The position numbers and the translations under genes were made by a program. From Methylovirgula sp. (GTDB lineage: Bacteria > Pseudomonadota > Alphaproteobacteria > Rhizobiales > Beijerinckiaceae), in the NCBI GenBank assembly GCA_049522395.1, contig JBEKNV010000010.1, positions 7,918-71,917 of the forward strand: a stretch of DNA of 64,000 bases, given 5' to 3'. Of this stretch, positions 1-10,584 are shown piece after piece. The notes under the pieces were generated by a model. It was not told the origin of the DNA. It did not search any database and worked only from the letters and a program-made list of their open reading frames with translations. Positions within the stretch are counted from its first letter, which is position 1. Every line of letters starts with the position of its first letter.

Positions 1-1226
1 AGGCCGTCCTTCGCCGCGAAGGCCTCGTAATCGAAGGGCGTATCAAAGAGGCCCTTCGGGAAATAGGCGCCAAGCGGGCCGCCGCACTGGACCGCACGGA
101 CCGGGCGGCCGGACAGCGTGCCGCCGCCGATGTCCTCGACGAGTTCGCCGAGCGTCACGCCGAAGGCGGTCTCATAGAGGCCGCCGTATTTAACATTGCC
201 GGCGATCTGAATTGGCATCGTGCCGCGAGAGCGGCCCATGCCGTAATCCGCGTAAGCTTTGCCGCCTTCGGACAGGATGAACGGCGCCGCTGCAAAGGAG
301 AGAACGTTGTTGCAGACGGTCGGTTGCTGAAAAAGGCCCTTATGCGCCGGCAGCGGCGGCTTGGCGCGGACGATACCGCGGCGGCCTTCGAGGCTTTCGA
401 GCAGAGCCGTCTCTTCGCCGCAGACATAGGCGCCTGCGCCCATGCGCAGCTCAATGTCGAAGCTGTAGTTCGAACCCTTAATCTTGCGGCCGAGCCAGCC
501 CGCGTCGCGCGCATGTTTCAGCGCCTCGTTGAAGGCGCGCGCACCATGCGGATATTCGGAGCGGCAATAGACGTAGCCCTTGGTCGCGCCGACGGCGACG
601 GCGCAAATGGCCATGCCTTCGATGAGCATGTAGGGGTCGCCTTCGAGCACCATGCGGTCGGCGAAGGTGCCGCTATCGCCCTCATCCGCATTGCAGACAA
701 CATATTTGCGGTCGCCCGCGCAGTCGGCGACCGTCTTCCATTTGATGCCGGTCGGGAAGCCAGCGCCGCCACGGCCGCGCAGGCCCGATTGCGTGACTTC
801 GGTGATGATCGCGGCCGAGCCGATTTCGATGGCGCGTTTCAGGCCTTTCCAGCCGTCATGCGCCTCATAGTCTTCGATCGAGACCGGATCGGTGATGCCG
901 CAGCGGGCGAAGGTGAGGCGAGTCTGTTTGGCGAGATAGGGATGGTCTTCCGGCTTGCCGATGCGGAGCTTATGGGCACCGCCCTTGAGGAAACCGGCGT
1001 CGAAGAGCGAGGGAAGATCGGCCGCGGTGACAGGACCATAGGCGATCCGGCCTTGCGCCGTTTCGACCTCGATCATTGGCTCGAGAAAGAACATACCGCG
1101 CGAGCCGTTGCGGACGATGGTGACGGCTTCGCCCCGGGCGGAGGCAAGCTCCTTGATCTTCTTCACCAGCCGATCGGCGCCAAGGGCGAGGGCGACAACG
1201 TCTCTGGGGACGTAAACCTTCGTCAT
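1..1226 (-). CDS. fdsB: NAD-dependent formate dehydrogenase beta subunit (NuoF-like), 3' end truncated by window edge
   Basis: Minus-strand frame stays open from ATG at 1226 (MTKVYVPRD...) to the left edge. It has a 4-nt ATGA overlap with the fdsG stop. NuoF-type motif SGLRGRGGAGFPTG reads at about 745-790. Confidence 0.85.
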   Translation of the reverse strand, partial: MTKVYVPRDVVALALGADRLVKKIKELASARGEAVTIVRNGSRGMFFLEPMIEVETAQGRIAYGPVTAADLPSLFDAGFLKGGAHKLRIGKPEDHPYLAKQTRLTFARCGITDPVSIEDYEAHDGWKGLKRAIEIGSAAIITEVTQSGLRGRGGAGFPTGIKWKTVADCAGDRKYVVCNADEGDSGTFADRMVLEGDPYMLIEGMAICAVAVGATKGYVYCRSEYPHGARAFNEALKHARDAGWLGRKIKGSNYSFDIELRMGAGAYVCGEETALLESLEGRRGIVRAKPPLPAHKGLFQQPTVCNNVLSFAAAPFILSEGGKAYADYGMGRSRGTMPIQIAGNVKYGGLYETAFGVTLGELVEDIGGGTLSGRPVRAVQCGGPLGAYFPKGLFDTPFDYEAFAAKDG

Positions 1227-1699
1227 GGCCCGCAGACCTCTTCAATGGCGTCGGCGAGGCGTTCTTTGTCGAGGCGGGCAATCGGATGATCGTCGAGGAG
1301 GGCAGAGGGCCCATTGGCACAGAGGCCGAGGCAATAGACGGGCTGAACGGTGATCTCGCCGTCCTTGGTTGTGCCGTGCCAATCGACGCCGAGCTTCGCT
1401 AAAAGTCCGCGGGCGACGCCTTCGCTGCCGAGGCTCTGACAGGCCTCCGCGCGGCAGATTTTCAGCGTGTGCCGGCCACCCGGATGGCGGCGGAAGTCGT
1501 GATAGAAGGTGAGGACGCCATGGACTTCGGCGCGGGTCAGGTTGAGCGCTTCGGCGATCAGCGGCACAGCTTCGTCGCTGACGAAACCGAATTCCTCATT
1601 CATCGCATGCAGGATGGGCAGCAGCGGGCCTTCGAGGCCCAAATGCTCGGCGATAATTAACCGCGCGCGGTCTTCATCAAAGACGGGCGTCTCGGGCAT
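1223..1699 (-). CDS. fdsG: Formate dehydrogenase gamma subunit (NuoE-like 2Fe-2S)
   Basis: 158-aa ORF with NuoE/thioredoxin-like ferredoxin cysteines (CRAEACQSLG, CLGLCANGP). Translationally coupled to fdsB. Confidence 0.85.
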   Translation of the reverse strand: MPETPVFDEDRARLIIAEHLGLEGPLLPILHAMNEEFGFVSDEAVPLIAEALNLTRAEVHGVLTFYHDFRRHPGGRHTLKICRAEACQSLGSEGVARGLLAKLGVDWHGTTKDGEITVQPVYCLGLCANGPSALLDDHPIARLDKERLADAIEEVCGP

Positions 1700-1905
1700 G
1701 TTTCCACCAAAACCTTATTATTTCGCGGCTCGGCATCCATGGCCGAATATTCGGCTTTGCCGATCAATACGCTTCCTGCCCCAGAGATAAGCGCTCACCC
1801 AGCCATGTGACATACCGCCCCAAGCTAGATGCAAAAACTTTAATCTTCCTTCTGACGAGTTCAATAAAGCGCTTCCGTGACGTTATAGCTTTTTTCTATC
1901 AATGA

Positions 1906-2808
1906 TCACGGTTCGATAGAATTTTGCGTTGCACCAAAAGTCTTGGCTTCGCTGAACAGCGCAGCTGCCAGAGGCGCCATCGGCTCGCGGAATGGGACGA
2001 CAAGGCCGATCTGGTGAACGACCTGTGGATCGACGATCGGGATCGATTTGATCGGCTCGATAAGGCCGAGCGTTTCGACGAGTTTCTCCGACATGACGGA
2101 GGCCCAGCGCCCGGTCCGAACATGGGCAAAGAGCGCGATGACCGAATTCGATTCGAGGGTCGGGGCGGCCTCGCTCCCGGAACTTGCCAGAAGATGGTCG
2201 ATGATCCGGCGGTTCTGCATGTCGGGGGTGAGGAGGCAAAGGGGAATGCGGCCGACTTCCGCCCAGGTTACGGTATCGCGATTGGCGAAGGGACTGTCGT
2301 CGAAGGTGACGAGCCGATAGCGCTCGATGTAGAGCGGGAGCGTTCTCACATTCCCGAGAGGTTCATTGTCGAGATAGCTGATGCCGGCGTCGATCTCCAG
2401 ATTGTCGAGTGCCGACAGGATTTCGATCGAGGTCATCGACAAGACGCTGAAGCGCACATTCGGGTGCTTGGCGCGAAACGGCGTCGTTAGCGACGCCACC
2501 ATCGTCAGCGCCGTCGGAATGGCGGCGATCCGCAAATGACCGATGAGGCCGCTCTTCAGCGTGCGGACGTCCTGGCGCATGGCGCGCGCATCGCTGACGA
2601 TCCGCTTCGCCCAATCGAGGACGCGCTCGCCTTCTGCCGTCAGCCCGTGGAAACGCGAGCTGCGGTTGATGAGCAGAACGCCGAGACTGTCTTCCAATTG
2701 CTTGATGGCCGCCGACAAGGTCGGCTGCGTGATCCCGCAGCTCTCCGCGGCGCGGCTGAAGCTCTTTTCGCGCGCAACGGCGATGAAGAATTCTAATTTG
2801 TCGATCAT
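1906..2808 (-). CDS. LysR-family transcriptional regulator
   Basis: 300 aa with N-terminal HTH (SFSRAAESCGITQPTLSAAIKQLE) and a LysR substrate-binding-type C-terminus. Co-directional with and upstream of fdsGB. Confidence 0.9.
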   Translation of the reverse strand: MIDKLEFFIAVAREKSFSRAAESCGITQPTLSAAIKQLEDSLGVLLINRSSRFHGLTAEGERVLDWAKRIVSDARAMRQDVRTLKSGLIGHLRIAAIPTALTMVASLTTPFRAKHPNVRFSVLSMTSIEILSALDNLEIDAGISYLDNEPLGNVRTLPLYIERYRLVTFDDSPFANRDTVTWAEVGRIPLCLLTPDMQNRRIIDHLLASSGSEAAPTLESNSVIALFAHVRTGRWASVMSEKLVETLGLIEPIKSIPIVDPQVVHQIGLVVPFREPMAPLAAALFSEAKTFGATQNSIEP

Positions 2809-2914
2809 GAGTTCTGACGGGCCGGCGTTTTCGCCGGAGGAGGGCGCTCGTTGTTGGCGCTTTGACCAATCAACATAAGATCAGCCGCGCCTTTGCGCTA
2901 GTCTTACAGCGGCT

Positions 2915-3691
2915 TTACTGGAGCGTTGCTCTGATCGGCACATGGTCGGAGGGCTTGTCTTCGCCGCGCAGTTCCTTGTCGATCACAACGTCGGTCAGCC
3001 TGTCGGCCGCCTGCGGCGACAACAGCAGATGATCGATGCGGATGCCCTTGTTCTTTTGCCAGCAGCCCGCCTGATAATCCCAGAAGGTGTAGAGCCCCGC
3101 CGCATCCGTCGTGGCGCGCAGCGCGTCGGTGAAGCCGAGATTGATCAGCGCGCGAAACTTCTCCCGTGTCTCCGGCAAGAAGAGCGCGTCGCCTTCCCAG
3201 CTCGCCGGGTCGAAACAATCGCGCGGCTCTGGGATCACATTGTAGTCGCCGGCGAGAATAAGCGGTTCTTCGAAAGCGAGCAGTCGCTTCGCATGCGCCT
3301 TCAGCCGGTCCATCCAAGCGAGCTTATAGGCATATTTATCCGTACCTGGCGGATTGCCGTTCGGCAGATAAAGACAGCCGACGCGGACAATGCGAGAGCC
3401 ATCCGGAACGATCGCTTCGATATAGCGCGCATGCGCATCCTCCTCGTCGCCCGGAAGGCCGCGCGTGACTTCGAGCGGATGTTTGGAGAGGATCGCGACG
3501 CCGTTGAAACCTTTTTGGCCGTGGACGGCGGCATTGTAGCCGCAGCCTTCGACTTCAGAGAGCGGAAACGCCTCGGCCACGCATTTCAATTCCTGCAGGC
3601 AGAGCACATCGGGGCCGACCTCCCTGAGATAGCGCAGGAGATGCTCAGTTCTCTGACGGACCGAATTGACGTTCCAGGTCGCGATCTGCAC
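2915..3691 (-). CDS. xthA: Exodeoxyribonuclease III
   Basis: 258 aa. Begins MQIATWNVNSVRQR and carries the CLQELK and SDHVPI motifs of the EEP/ExoIII family. Confidence 0.92.
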   Translation of the reverse strand: MQIATWNVNSVRQRTEHLLRYLREVGPDVLCLQELKCVAEAFPLSEVEGCGYNAAVHGQKGFNGVAILSKHPLEVTRGLPGDEEDAHARYIEAIVPDGSRIVRVGCLYLPNGNPPGTDKYAYKLAWMDRLKAHAKRLLAFEEPLILAGDYNVIPEPRDCFDPASWEGDALFLPETREKFRALINLGFTDALRATTDAAGLYTFWDYQAGCWQKNKGIRIDHLLLSPQAADRLTDVVIDKELRGEDKPSDHVPIRATLQ

Positions 3692-3702
3692 GTCACATCA
3701 CC

Positions 3703-5001
3703 TTACTTGATCTTGCATGGATCGGCTTTCGGGTCGTCCTTGACCGCGACGTCGGACGAGACGCAGCCGAAGAAGCCGATGAGACCCGGCTGGCCCGCAT
3801 AGCCGAGATAGTCGAGCCCGAACAAATCCTCAATCGTCTTCAGCATCGAATAATGGTTGAAGGGCGTGTTGGCGATGCTGCCCTCCTTCAGGAAGGGCGA
3901 CAACAGCACGGCGCCAGTGCGATCGCCGCCGAAATTCTTGGTCGCATAGATTGTCGTGCCCGATTGTTCCTGGTGCGGAAACGAACCGATATTGGGGCCC
4001 GGCTGTTCGTTGCAGCAGCTCTCGCCATATTCAGTCAACGTCGTGACTCCGGAGGGCGAGGTTGAACGTTCATCGAAATCAGCCTCGTCGAAATTGATGA
4101 TCAACAGGCCGTCGTTGATATAGGCCGGCGACCGCGTGATGATCGGGACCCATTTTCTCAGGAATATATCGGCGGCCGGCAATCCGCCGGGTCCACCGTC
4201 AGCGCATCGGGCGTCGTGGGCGTCATTGCAGAGATTGGGCGTGATGAAGATGAAATTTGCGGTCGTCGCTAGCGAATTCAGATCCTGCACGAGGTGGTCG
4301 AGATTGACGACATTGGCATCGCAATCTTTTTGATGGTCGATAATGGAGTGAAAATAGACGAAGGGGTTGTGGCGCGCGGCATAGCCGTCGCCGCGCGGAA
4401 TAACGATCGATGGTGCCTCGGCCTTCTGCGTATGATCGTCACGGTCGATCATCGGATGGCCGCAGGTGGCGCTCTCGCGGCGCGGGTCATTGCCCATGTC
4501 TTCCATATAGCCGTGCCAGCTCATGCCATTGTTCTCCAGCTGATTGGCAAGCGTCGGCAAAGTGTTTGGATAAACGCAGCCGTGGCCGATGAGCTGGTCG
4601 TAATCGGTTTTTCCGTTTGGATGCTTCTTGTCGGTCGTGTCAACGACAAAATCGGCAAAGGTGCGGCAGTCATCGCGCGTTTCCTTCGTCGCCGCCTGGC
4701 CGCTGATCATCGCAATGTAATTGTCGAGGCTCGCATGGCCGATCCCGTAATATTGCTTGAGAAGGACGCCTTGCGCCGTCAGATCATGGGCGAGATAGGG
4801 GGCCTCCGAGTTCTCGCCGAAGGTCTCATCGTAACCTTTGTTTTCCAGCGTGATGATGAAGACGTGGTTGATCAGATGACCGCCAACTGTGAGCCGCGGG
4901 GACTTGTCTTCTGAGAATACGCGCTGCGGCAGCGCTGCGATCGCGATAAAACCAAAGACCAAGAATAACAATGAACGAAGAGCGATCCGCCGATGTGTCA
5001 T
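3703..5001 (-). CDS. Secreted phosphoesterase-family protein (acid phosphatase / phospholipase C-like)
   Basis: 432 aa with N-terminal signal/TM segment. FIITLENKGYDETFG motif is typical of the phosphoesterase (AcpA/PlcC) family. Sits 11 nt from xthA. Confidence 0.7.
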   Translation of the reverse strand: MTHRRIALRSLLFLVFGFIAIAALPQRVFSEDKSPRLTVGGHLINHVFIITLENKGYDETFGENSEAPYLAHDLTAQGVLLKQYYGIGHASLDNYIAMISGQAATKETRDDCRTFADFVVDTTDKKHPNGKTDYDQLIGHGCVYPNTLPTLANQLENNGMSWHGYMEDMGNDPRRESATCGHPMIDRDDHTQKAEAPSIVIPRGDGYAARHNPFVYFHSIIDHQKDCDANVVNLDHLVQDLNSLATTANFIFITPNLCNDAHDARCADGGPGGLPAADIFLRKWVPIITRSPAYINDGLLIINFDEADFDERSTSPSGVTTLTEYGESCCNEQPGPNIGSFPHQEQSGTTIYATKNFGGDRTGAVLLSPFLKEGSIANTPFNHYSMLKTIEDLFGLDYLGYAGQPGLIGFFGCVSSDVAVKDDPKADPCKIK

Positions 5002-5122
5002 CGGAACCCCCTATCACGCCGCGCAATCAATGGTCTGAAAAAACAAATCGTTCAACACGCAAGCCGCGAATACGTCGCGCAGAGCGCAGCTTCACGGTCT
5101 TTTATGTCGCCTTAATGTCGGC

Positions 5123-6079
5123 TCATCCCCAACGGCGATGCGACCACATCCATTGCTCAGGATGCTGGCGGATCGTTCGCTCGAAATCGGCCTGTAGTGC
5201 GGCCGTCGCAGCAAGGATATCAGCCTCACGGTCCTCTGTCTGGGGGACTTGGATTTCGACGAGTGTGATCTTAAAGCGCACGCCAGGCTTGCGGACGATC
5301 TGGCCGGCGTAGAGCTTGAGACCCAGCGTGCGCGCGACCATGGCCGGAAAAGGCGTCGAGGGTGTCGGCTGGCCGAAAAACTTTACGCGCGGCCCGCGCA
5401 TGTCCCGCTGATCGGCGAGAATGGCGAGCGTGCCGCCTTCGCGCGCGTGACGGATGAGCTGGCGCGGCGCCGAATGGGTCTTGGGGTAGAGACCGCCGGG
5501 ATAGAGAAAGCTGCGGATTTTCCGCACGCGCGCATCGACGAAGGGATTTTTGATCTTTTGATAGACGCCGGCCGGTTGCGTCTTGCCGCAGGAGACGGCG
5601 AGCACCGCGATCTCCCAATTGCCCTGATGCGGCGCGCAGACGACGCGTGCCGAAGGATCGTCGCGAAAGCCCTCCGGTAGGTCAAAACTCAGGCGGTTGC
5701 TTTCTGCAATCTCCGCCAGCCGAAAGCTCTCTGCAAAAGTACGCCCGAGATTTTCCCACATCGCCGCCGCAAACACAGCGCGACTTTGCGAAGTCATCTC
5801 CGGGTAGGCGAGGGCCAAGTTGGCCAGCGCGCGCCGATGCCTCTCTCTGCCGGTGCGCGGCCCGAGACGCCGCCACAGCCAGCCCGACATGTCGGAGGCC
5901 GCCTCGAGCGGCAGCAGTTTGAGAACGCCTTCGGCGATGCGTAAGGCAAGCGACTCCGCGCGGTAGCGGAGCATCAAGCCGCGCCAAAATCCACGCCAAG
6001 TCGAAGCCGCCCATCGGCTTGCGCGAATCCGTCCCGCCGTCGTCGCATCACGCATTGTCTGCCGCCCAAAATCTCTCAA
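5123..6079 (-). CDS. Lipid A biosynthesis lauroyl/myristoyl acyltransferase-like (LpxL/HtrB family)
   Basis: ORF carries the HQGNWE acyltransferase motif and overall LpxL-like layout. True start may be internal (M at 6055 or 5974). Confidence 0.75.
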   Translation of the reverse strand: MRDFGRQTMRDATTAGRIRASRWAASTWRGFWRGLMLRYRAESLALRIAEGVLKLLPLEAASDMSGWLWRRLGPRTGRERHRRALANLALAYPEMTSQSRAVFAAAMWENLGRTFAESFRLAEIAESNRLSFDLPEGFRDDPSARVVCAPHQGNWEIAVLAVSCGKTQPAGVYQKIKNPFVDARVRKIRSFLYPGGLYPKTHSAPRQLIRHAREGGTLAILADQRDMRGPRVKFFGQPTPSTPFPAMVARTLGLKLYAGQIVRKPGVRFKITLVEIQVPQTEDREADILAATAALQADFERTIRQHPEQWMWSHRRWG

Positions 6080-6203
6080 CGCGCGATGTGCTTACCCCTT
6101 GCGCTCGCGCTAACCATCGGCCGCCAATGGCAACCCGAGTCGATCCGAGGCCCATCATAAGCGAGAATCAGGCTTCCGTTCGACGCCGACAAATCGACCG
6201 GGC

Positions 6204-7460
6204 TTAGACCGAGCGCTTTCGCCCCTGGCTGTGGATGGCGCGCGGCTTCTGCATCAGCGGCGGCAGATGGCCCCGCGGCAGAATCCCTTCTCGCATGATG
6301 GCGCGCCGCAAGGGACCGATCATGTTGACGGCGACAAAGCTCGCGCCGCGGACGAGATCGACGGGGACGAAATCGGCGAGCAACGAGCGGTTGAGAATAT
6401 CGATCCCATGCGTGCGGAGCGAAATGTCGGCGCGCCGCGCATCGGCATAGGAAGCGAGCACGGACGGCGAGCCGATATCCTCGCCTGCAGTCCGCGCCCG
6501 ACTCACGCAATCCACAAGCGCCGCCGTATCGCGCAGGCTGAGGTTCAAGCCTTGCGCGGCGAGCGGCGGGAAGACATGCGCGGCTTCCCCCAAAAGCGCG
6601 ATCCGCCGCGCGGTGAGGCGCGAGACGCGCAGTCCCGTCATTGGAAAACTGCCCAAGGGACTGTCGAGCCGCATGGCGCCGAAAATCGCGCTAACCTGGT
6701 CTTCGAGTTCGGCGGCGAAATCCTCGCCGCTCAACTTATGCCGGCGCGCGGCCTCTTCCGGCCGCATCAGCCAGACGACGCTCGACCTATGCGGCGCACT
6801 GGCGCTTGCCGGCAGAGGGACAAGCGTGCAGGGCCCGCTGCGGGTATGGAATTCGACCGAGAGGCCGTTGTGCGGCATCTCATGCGCGGTCAAGGCGGTC
6901 ATCGCCGTCTGCGGATAAGTCCAGCGGCGTGCGCCGATCTTCGCTTTGGCGCGTACGGTCGAGCGCTGGCCGTCGGCGGCGACGATGAGTTTGGCTCTGA
7001 TCCGATGGCCGGATTGGAAGACCGCCTCGATGGCATCGCCGTCGTCAACGAGATCGACGAGGCGCTCATTGGCGATCGAGAGCGATGGCTTCTCGGCTGC
7101 GATCGTCGCGAGACAGCGAACGAGATCGTCATTCTCGATGTTCTCGCCGAAGGCGGCGAGGCCGATTTCGCGCGCTGCGAATTCGATTGGCGGAATGGGC
7201 ATGCGCGCATGGGTGGCGTCGACCATCCGGATCGTCTCGATCCTGGCGGCGCATTCAGAAAGACGCGGCCAAATCTTCAGCGCATCGTAGAAGCGCAACG
7301 ACGCCTCGAAGAGCGCGACCGTGCGGCCATTGCCGAACTGTTCGAGACTGCCGACCGCCGCAACGGTGAAGCCGGCGTCGGCAAGCGCAATTGCGGCAGA
7401 AAGACCGGCCGCACCGGTTCCGATGACGAGGATATCGGCGTCCGTTGCGGTCGCGTTCAC
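6204..7460 (-). CDS. UbiH/UbiF/VisC/COQ6-family FAD-dependent hydroxylase
   Basis: 418 aa with N-terminal dinucleotide-binding motif ILVIGTGAAGLSAA and a C-terminal GEAAHVFPPLAAQGLNL motif. Confidence 0.85.
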   Translation of the reverse strand: MNATATDADILVIGTGAAGLSAAIALADAGFTVAAVGSLEQFGNGRTVALFEASLRFYDALKIWPRLSECAARIETIRMVDATHARMPIPPIEFAAREIGLAAFGENIENDDLVRCLATIAAEKPSLSIANERLVDLVDDGDAIEAVFQSGHRIRAKLIVAADGQRSTVRAKAKIGARRWTYPQTAMTALTAHEMPHNGLSVEFHTRSGPCTLVPLPASASAPHRSSVVWLMRPEEAARRHKLSGEDFAAELEDQVSAIFGAMRLDSPLGSFPMTGLRVSRLTARRIALLGEAAHVFPPLAAQGLNLSLRDTAALVDCVSRARTAGEDIGSPSVLASYADARRADISLRTHGIDILNRSLLADFVPVDLVRGASFVAVNMIGPLRRAIMREGILPRGHLPPLMQKPRAIHSQGRKRSV

Positions 7461-7473
7461 GTGGGATTTGGTC

Positions 7474-8763
7474 TCAGCGTTTGTTGACTGGCGTATAATC
7501 GCGGCGCGGGGCGCCAGTGTAAAGCTGTCGCGGCCGGCCGATCTTCTGGCCGGGATCCTCGATCATTTCCTTCCACTGCGCAATCCAGCCGGCGGTGCGG
7601 GCGACGGCGAAGAGCACGGTGAACATGGAGGTCGGGAAGCCCATCGCCTTCAAGGTGATGCCCGAATAGAAGTCGATGTTCGGATAGAGCTTCTTTTCGA
7701 TGAAATATTCGTCGCTGAGCGCGATCTTTTCGAGCTCCATCGCGACATCGAGCAGCGGATCGTCGGTGTTGCCGACCGCCTGCAGAACGTCGTGACAGGT
7801 TTTCTGCATGATTTTCGCACGCGGATCATAGTTTTTGTAGACACGATGGCCGAAGCCCATCAGCCGGAACGGATCGTTTTTGTCCTTGGCGCGGGCGATG
7901 AATTTCGGAATGTTATCGACCGTGCCGATCTCTTCGAGCATTTTGAGCGCCGCTTCATTGGCGCCGCCATGGGCCGGGCCCCAGAGGCAGGCGACGCCCG
8001 CCGCGATGCAGGCGAAGGGATTGGCGCCGGACGAACCCGCAAGCCGCACCGTCGAGGTCGAGGCGTTCTGCTCATGGTCGGCATGCAGAATGAAGATCTT
8101 GTCGAGCGCGCTCGCGAGCACGGGATTGACCTTGTACTCCTCGTTCGGCGTGGCAAAGCACATGCGCATGAAGCTCGACGCGTAATCGAGATCGTTCTTC
8201 GGATACACGAAGGGCTGGCCGACGTTGTATTTATAGGCCATTGCCGCCAGCGTCGGAATTTTCGCGATGAGCCGCATCGACGCGATCATCCGCTGCTTCG
8301 GGTCCGAAATATCGGTCGAGTCGTGATAGAACGCGGACAGCGCGCCGACGCTCGCAACCATGACTGCCATTGGATGCGCGTCGCGGCGGAATCCTTGAAA
8401 GAACCTCGCCATCTGTTCGTGGATCAGATTGTGCCGGCGGATGCGGTAATCGAATTCCTTCCGCTGCGGCGCGTTCGGTAGCTCGCCGTAAAGAAGCAGA
8501 TAGCAGGTCTCGAGAAAGTCGCCGTGCTCGGCGAGCTGTTCGATTGGATAGCCGCGATAGAGCAGGAGGCCCTTATCGCCATCGATATAGGTGATCGCGG
8601 ATTCGCAGCTCGCCGTGGAGGTGAAGCCCGGATCATAGGTGAACATGCCCGTCTGGGCGTAGAGCTTGCCGATATCGACGACCGAAGGCCCGATCGTCCC
8701 GTCTTTGACCGGCAACGGGACCGTTTTGTCGCCGACAGAGAGTGAGGCGGTTGTTTCGCTCAT
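7474..8763 (-). CDS. gltA: Citrate synthase
   Basis: 429 aa with [14 protein letters not shown] and [10 protein letters not shown] motifs. Confidence 0.95.
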   Translation of the reverse strand: MSETTASLSVGDKTVPLPVKDGTIGPSVVDIGKLYAQTGMFTYDPGFTSTASCESAITYIDGDKGLLLYRGYPIEQLAEHGDFLETCYLLLYGELPNAPQRKEFDYRIRRHNLIHEQMARFFQGFRRDAHPMAVMVASVGALSAFYHDSTDISDPKQRMIASMRLIAKIPTLAAMAYKYNVGQPFVYPKNDLDYASSFMRMCFATPNEEYKVNPVLASALDKIFILHADHEQNASTSTVRLAGSSGANPFACIAAGVACLWGPAHGGANEAALKMLEEIGTVDNIPKFIARAKDKNDPFRLMGFGHRVYKNYDPRAKIMQKTCHDVLQAVGNTDDPLLDVAMELEKIALSDEYFIEKKLYPNIDFYSGITLKAMGFPTSMFTVLFAVARTAGWIAQWKEMIEDPGQKIGRPRQLYTGAPRRDYTPVNKR

Positions 8764-9008
8764 GGGCGCTACCCTTCTTCAGTTACCGCCTCTGGACGTC
8801 GGCGAGGAAAACACTGCGACACGGGAGACTTCGTGGTCGCAAGACGAGCCATCAGCCGCGCCGGGTTAACGTGTGTGCAGTGCGAAATGGTCACTAGCGT
8901 ATAGTTTTGCGCTGTCAAGCCAGCCTCTTGGACGGGCCAAGCCACGCTTGGCGCGTAACGCCGGAAAGACAGCAGCTTGCAAGCCGGAGTGCGGGCGCCA
9001 ATGCCGGG

Positions 9009-10430
9009 TCACTTGATCTGATCTTGCAGCCGACCGAGGCTTTCATCGCGGCCGAGAACCTCCAGCACATCGAAAATGCCGGGCGACGTCGATCGCCCGG
9101 TCAAGGCGGCACGCAAAGGCTGCGCCACTTGTCCGAGTTTCAGCCCATGCTCTTCGGCATAAAGGCGCACCGCCGCTTCGGCGGCGGTGGCCTTCCATAC
9201 GGGCAGTGCCGCGAGCCTGGGCACCAGATGCGCGAGTTGTTCGCGGCCTTTGGCGTCCAAAATCGCCAGGGCTTTGTCATCCAAGGCCAGGGGCCGCTTG
9301 GCGAATAAAAACATAGCGCCGTCAAGTAGTTCGACTAACGTCTTAGCGCGCTCCTTGAGGCCTGGCATGGCGGCCAGCAGTTTGGCGCGCGTGGGGGCAT
9401 CGAGCTTGTCGATGATGCTTCGCCCATTCGGCAGATTGGGCAGGGCCTGGATGAAAGCTTCGAGCAGATCCGCGTCAGGGGTCGCCCGCATGTAATGCCC
9501 ATTCATGTGCTCGAGCTTGGTGAAATCGAAGCGCGCGGCGGAGCGCCCGACATGGGCGAGATCGAAAGCCTCGATCATCTCTTCGGTCGAGAAGAATTCC
9601 TGGTCGCCATGGCTCCAACCGAGCCGAACCAGATAATTCCGCAACGCCGCCGGGAGATAGCCGAGCGCGCGATAGGCATCGACGCCGAGCGCGCCGTGGC
9701 GCTTCGACAGCTTGGCGCCGTCCGCGCCATGGATGAGCGGAATATGCGCCATGACCGGGATCTCCCAATCGAGCGCCGCATAAATCTGCATCTGCCGCGC
9801 CGCATTGGTCAGGTGATCGTCGCCACGGATGATGTGGGTGACGCCCGTGTCGTGATCGTCGACGACGACGGCGAGCATATAGGTGGGCGTGCCGTCCGAG
9901 CGCATGAGCACGAAATCGTCGAGGTTCTCATTCGCCCAGACGACGCGGCCCTGCACCTTGTCGTTCAACACGGTCTCGCCCGTCGCCGGCGCTTTGAGAC
10001 GGATGACCGGCTTGACGCCGGGCGGGGCTTCGCTCGCCGCGCGATCGCGCCAGCGCCCGTCATAGCGCGGCGGGCGGCCCTCGGCGCGCGCCTTTTCCCG
10101 CATCGCGTCGAGTTCCTGCTGGCTTGCGTAGCAGAGATAGGCTTTGCCAGACGCGAGCAGCTGTTCAGCGATCTCGCGATGACGCGCGGTGCGCTGGAAT
10201 TGATAGACCGTATCGCCGTCCCAATCGAGGCCCAGCCAGGAGAGGCCGTCGAGAATGGCGGCGATCGCCGCATCGGTCGAGCGTTCGCGGTCGGTGTCCT
10301 CGATCCGCAGCAGCATTTTTCCGCCCGTATGCCGGGCAAAGAGCCAATTGAACAAGGCCGTGCGCGCGCCGCCGATATGCAAAAAGCCCGTCGGCGAGGG
10401 CGCAAAACGCGTGACGACCGTCTCTGCCAT
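9009..10430 (-). CDS. gltX: Glutamate--tRNA ligase
   Basis: 473 aa with HIGH-type motif ([19 protein letters not shown]) and KMSKS-type motif (KLSKRHG). Confidence 0.95.
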   Translation of the reverse strand: MAETVVTRFAPSPTGFLHIGGARTALFNWLFARHTGGKMLLRIEDTDRERSTDAAIAAILDGLSWLGLDWDGDTVYQFQRTARHREIAEQLLASGKAYLCYASQQELDAMREKARAEGRPPRYDGRWRDRAASEAPPGVKPVIRLKAPATGETVLNDKVQGRVVWANENLDDFVLMRSDGTPTYMLAVVVDDHDTGVTHIIRGDDHLTNAARQMQIYAALDWEIPVMAHIPLIHGADGAKLSKRHGALGVDAYRALGYLPAALRNYLVRLGWSHGDQEFFSTEEMIEAFDLAHVGRSAARFDFTKLEHMNGHYMRATPDADLLEAFIQALPNLPNGRSIIDKLDAPTRAKLLAAMPGLKERAKTLVELLDGAMFLFAKRPLALDDKALAILDAKGREQLAHLVPRLAALPVWKATAAEAAVRLYAEEHGLKLGQVAQPLRAALTGRSTSPGIFDVLEVLGRDESLGRLQDQIK

Positions 10431-10584
10431 TCCGTCCTTCAGTCCTGTGCCGAGAGCTGCGGAGAAGCCCTTCCGCCGCGCCGTGGGTCGTGTAGCATGG
10501 AACCTCCGAAAGGAAAGGGGCGGCGGCGTTAACCGCGTGCGCGCCTCTCGCCTTCAGCGGAGCTCTTTTTTCGGGGCTGGCGCC

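Noticed and set aside
324-1289. 321-aa plus-strand ORF opposite fdsB. The same applies to other long ORFs in the track: 6231-7487(+), 7321-8481(+), 9495-10532(+), 16189-17301(+), 27166-27936(-), 28006-28953(-), 35468-36631(-), 42301-43539(-), 47723-49570(-), 61521-62192(+).
   Set aside because: Each lies antisense to, or out of frame with, a gene that has unmistakable conserved motifs. Their translations are Arg/Ala/Gly/Pro-rich low-information sequence, typical of shadow ORFs in high-GC DNA.
1894-1921. Inverted repeat ttctatc-N14-gatagaa at the 3' end of the LysR gene, considered as a terminator or LysR box for fdsGB
   Set aside because: The arms are only 7 bp with a 14-nt loop and no convincing U-tract on the transcribed strand. 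It overlaps the LysR stop codon rather than lying in the fds promoter. It does not fit T-N11-A spacing.
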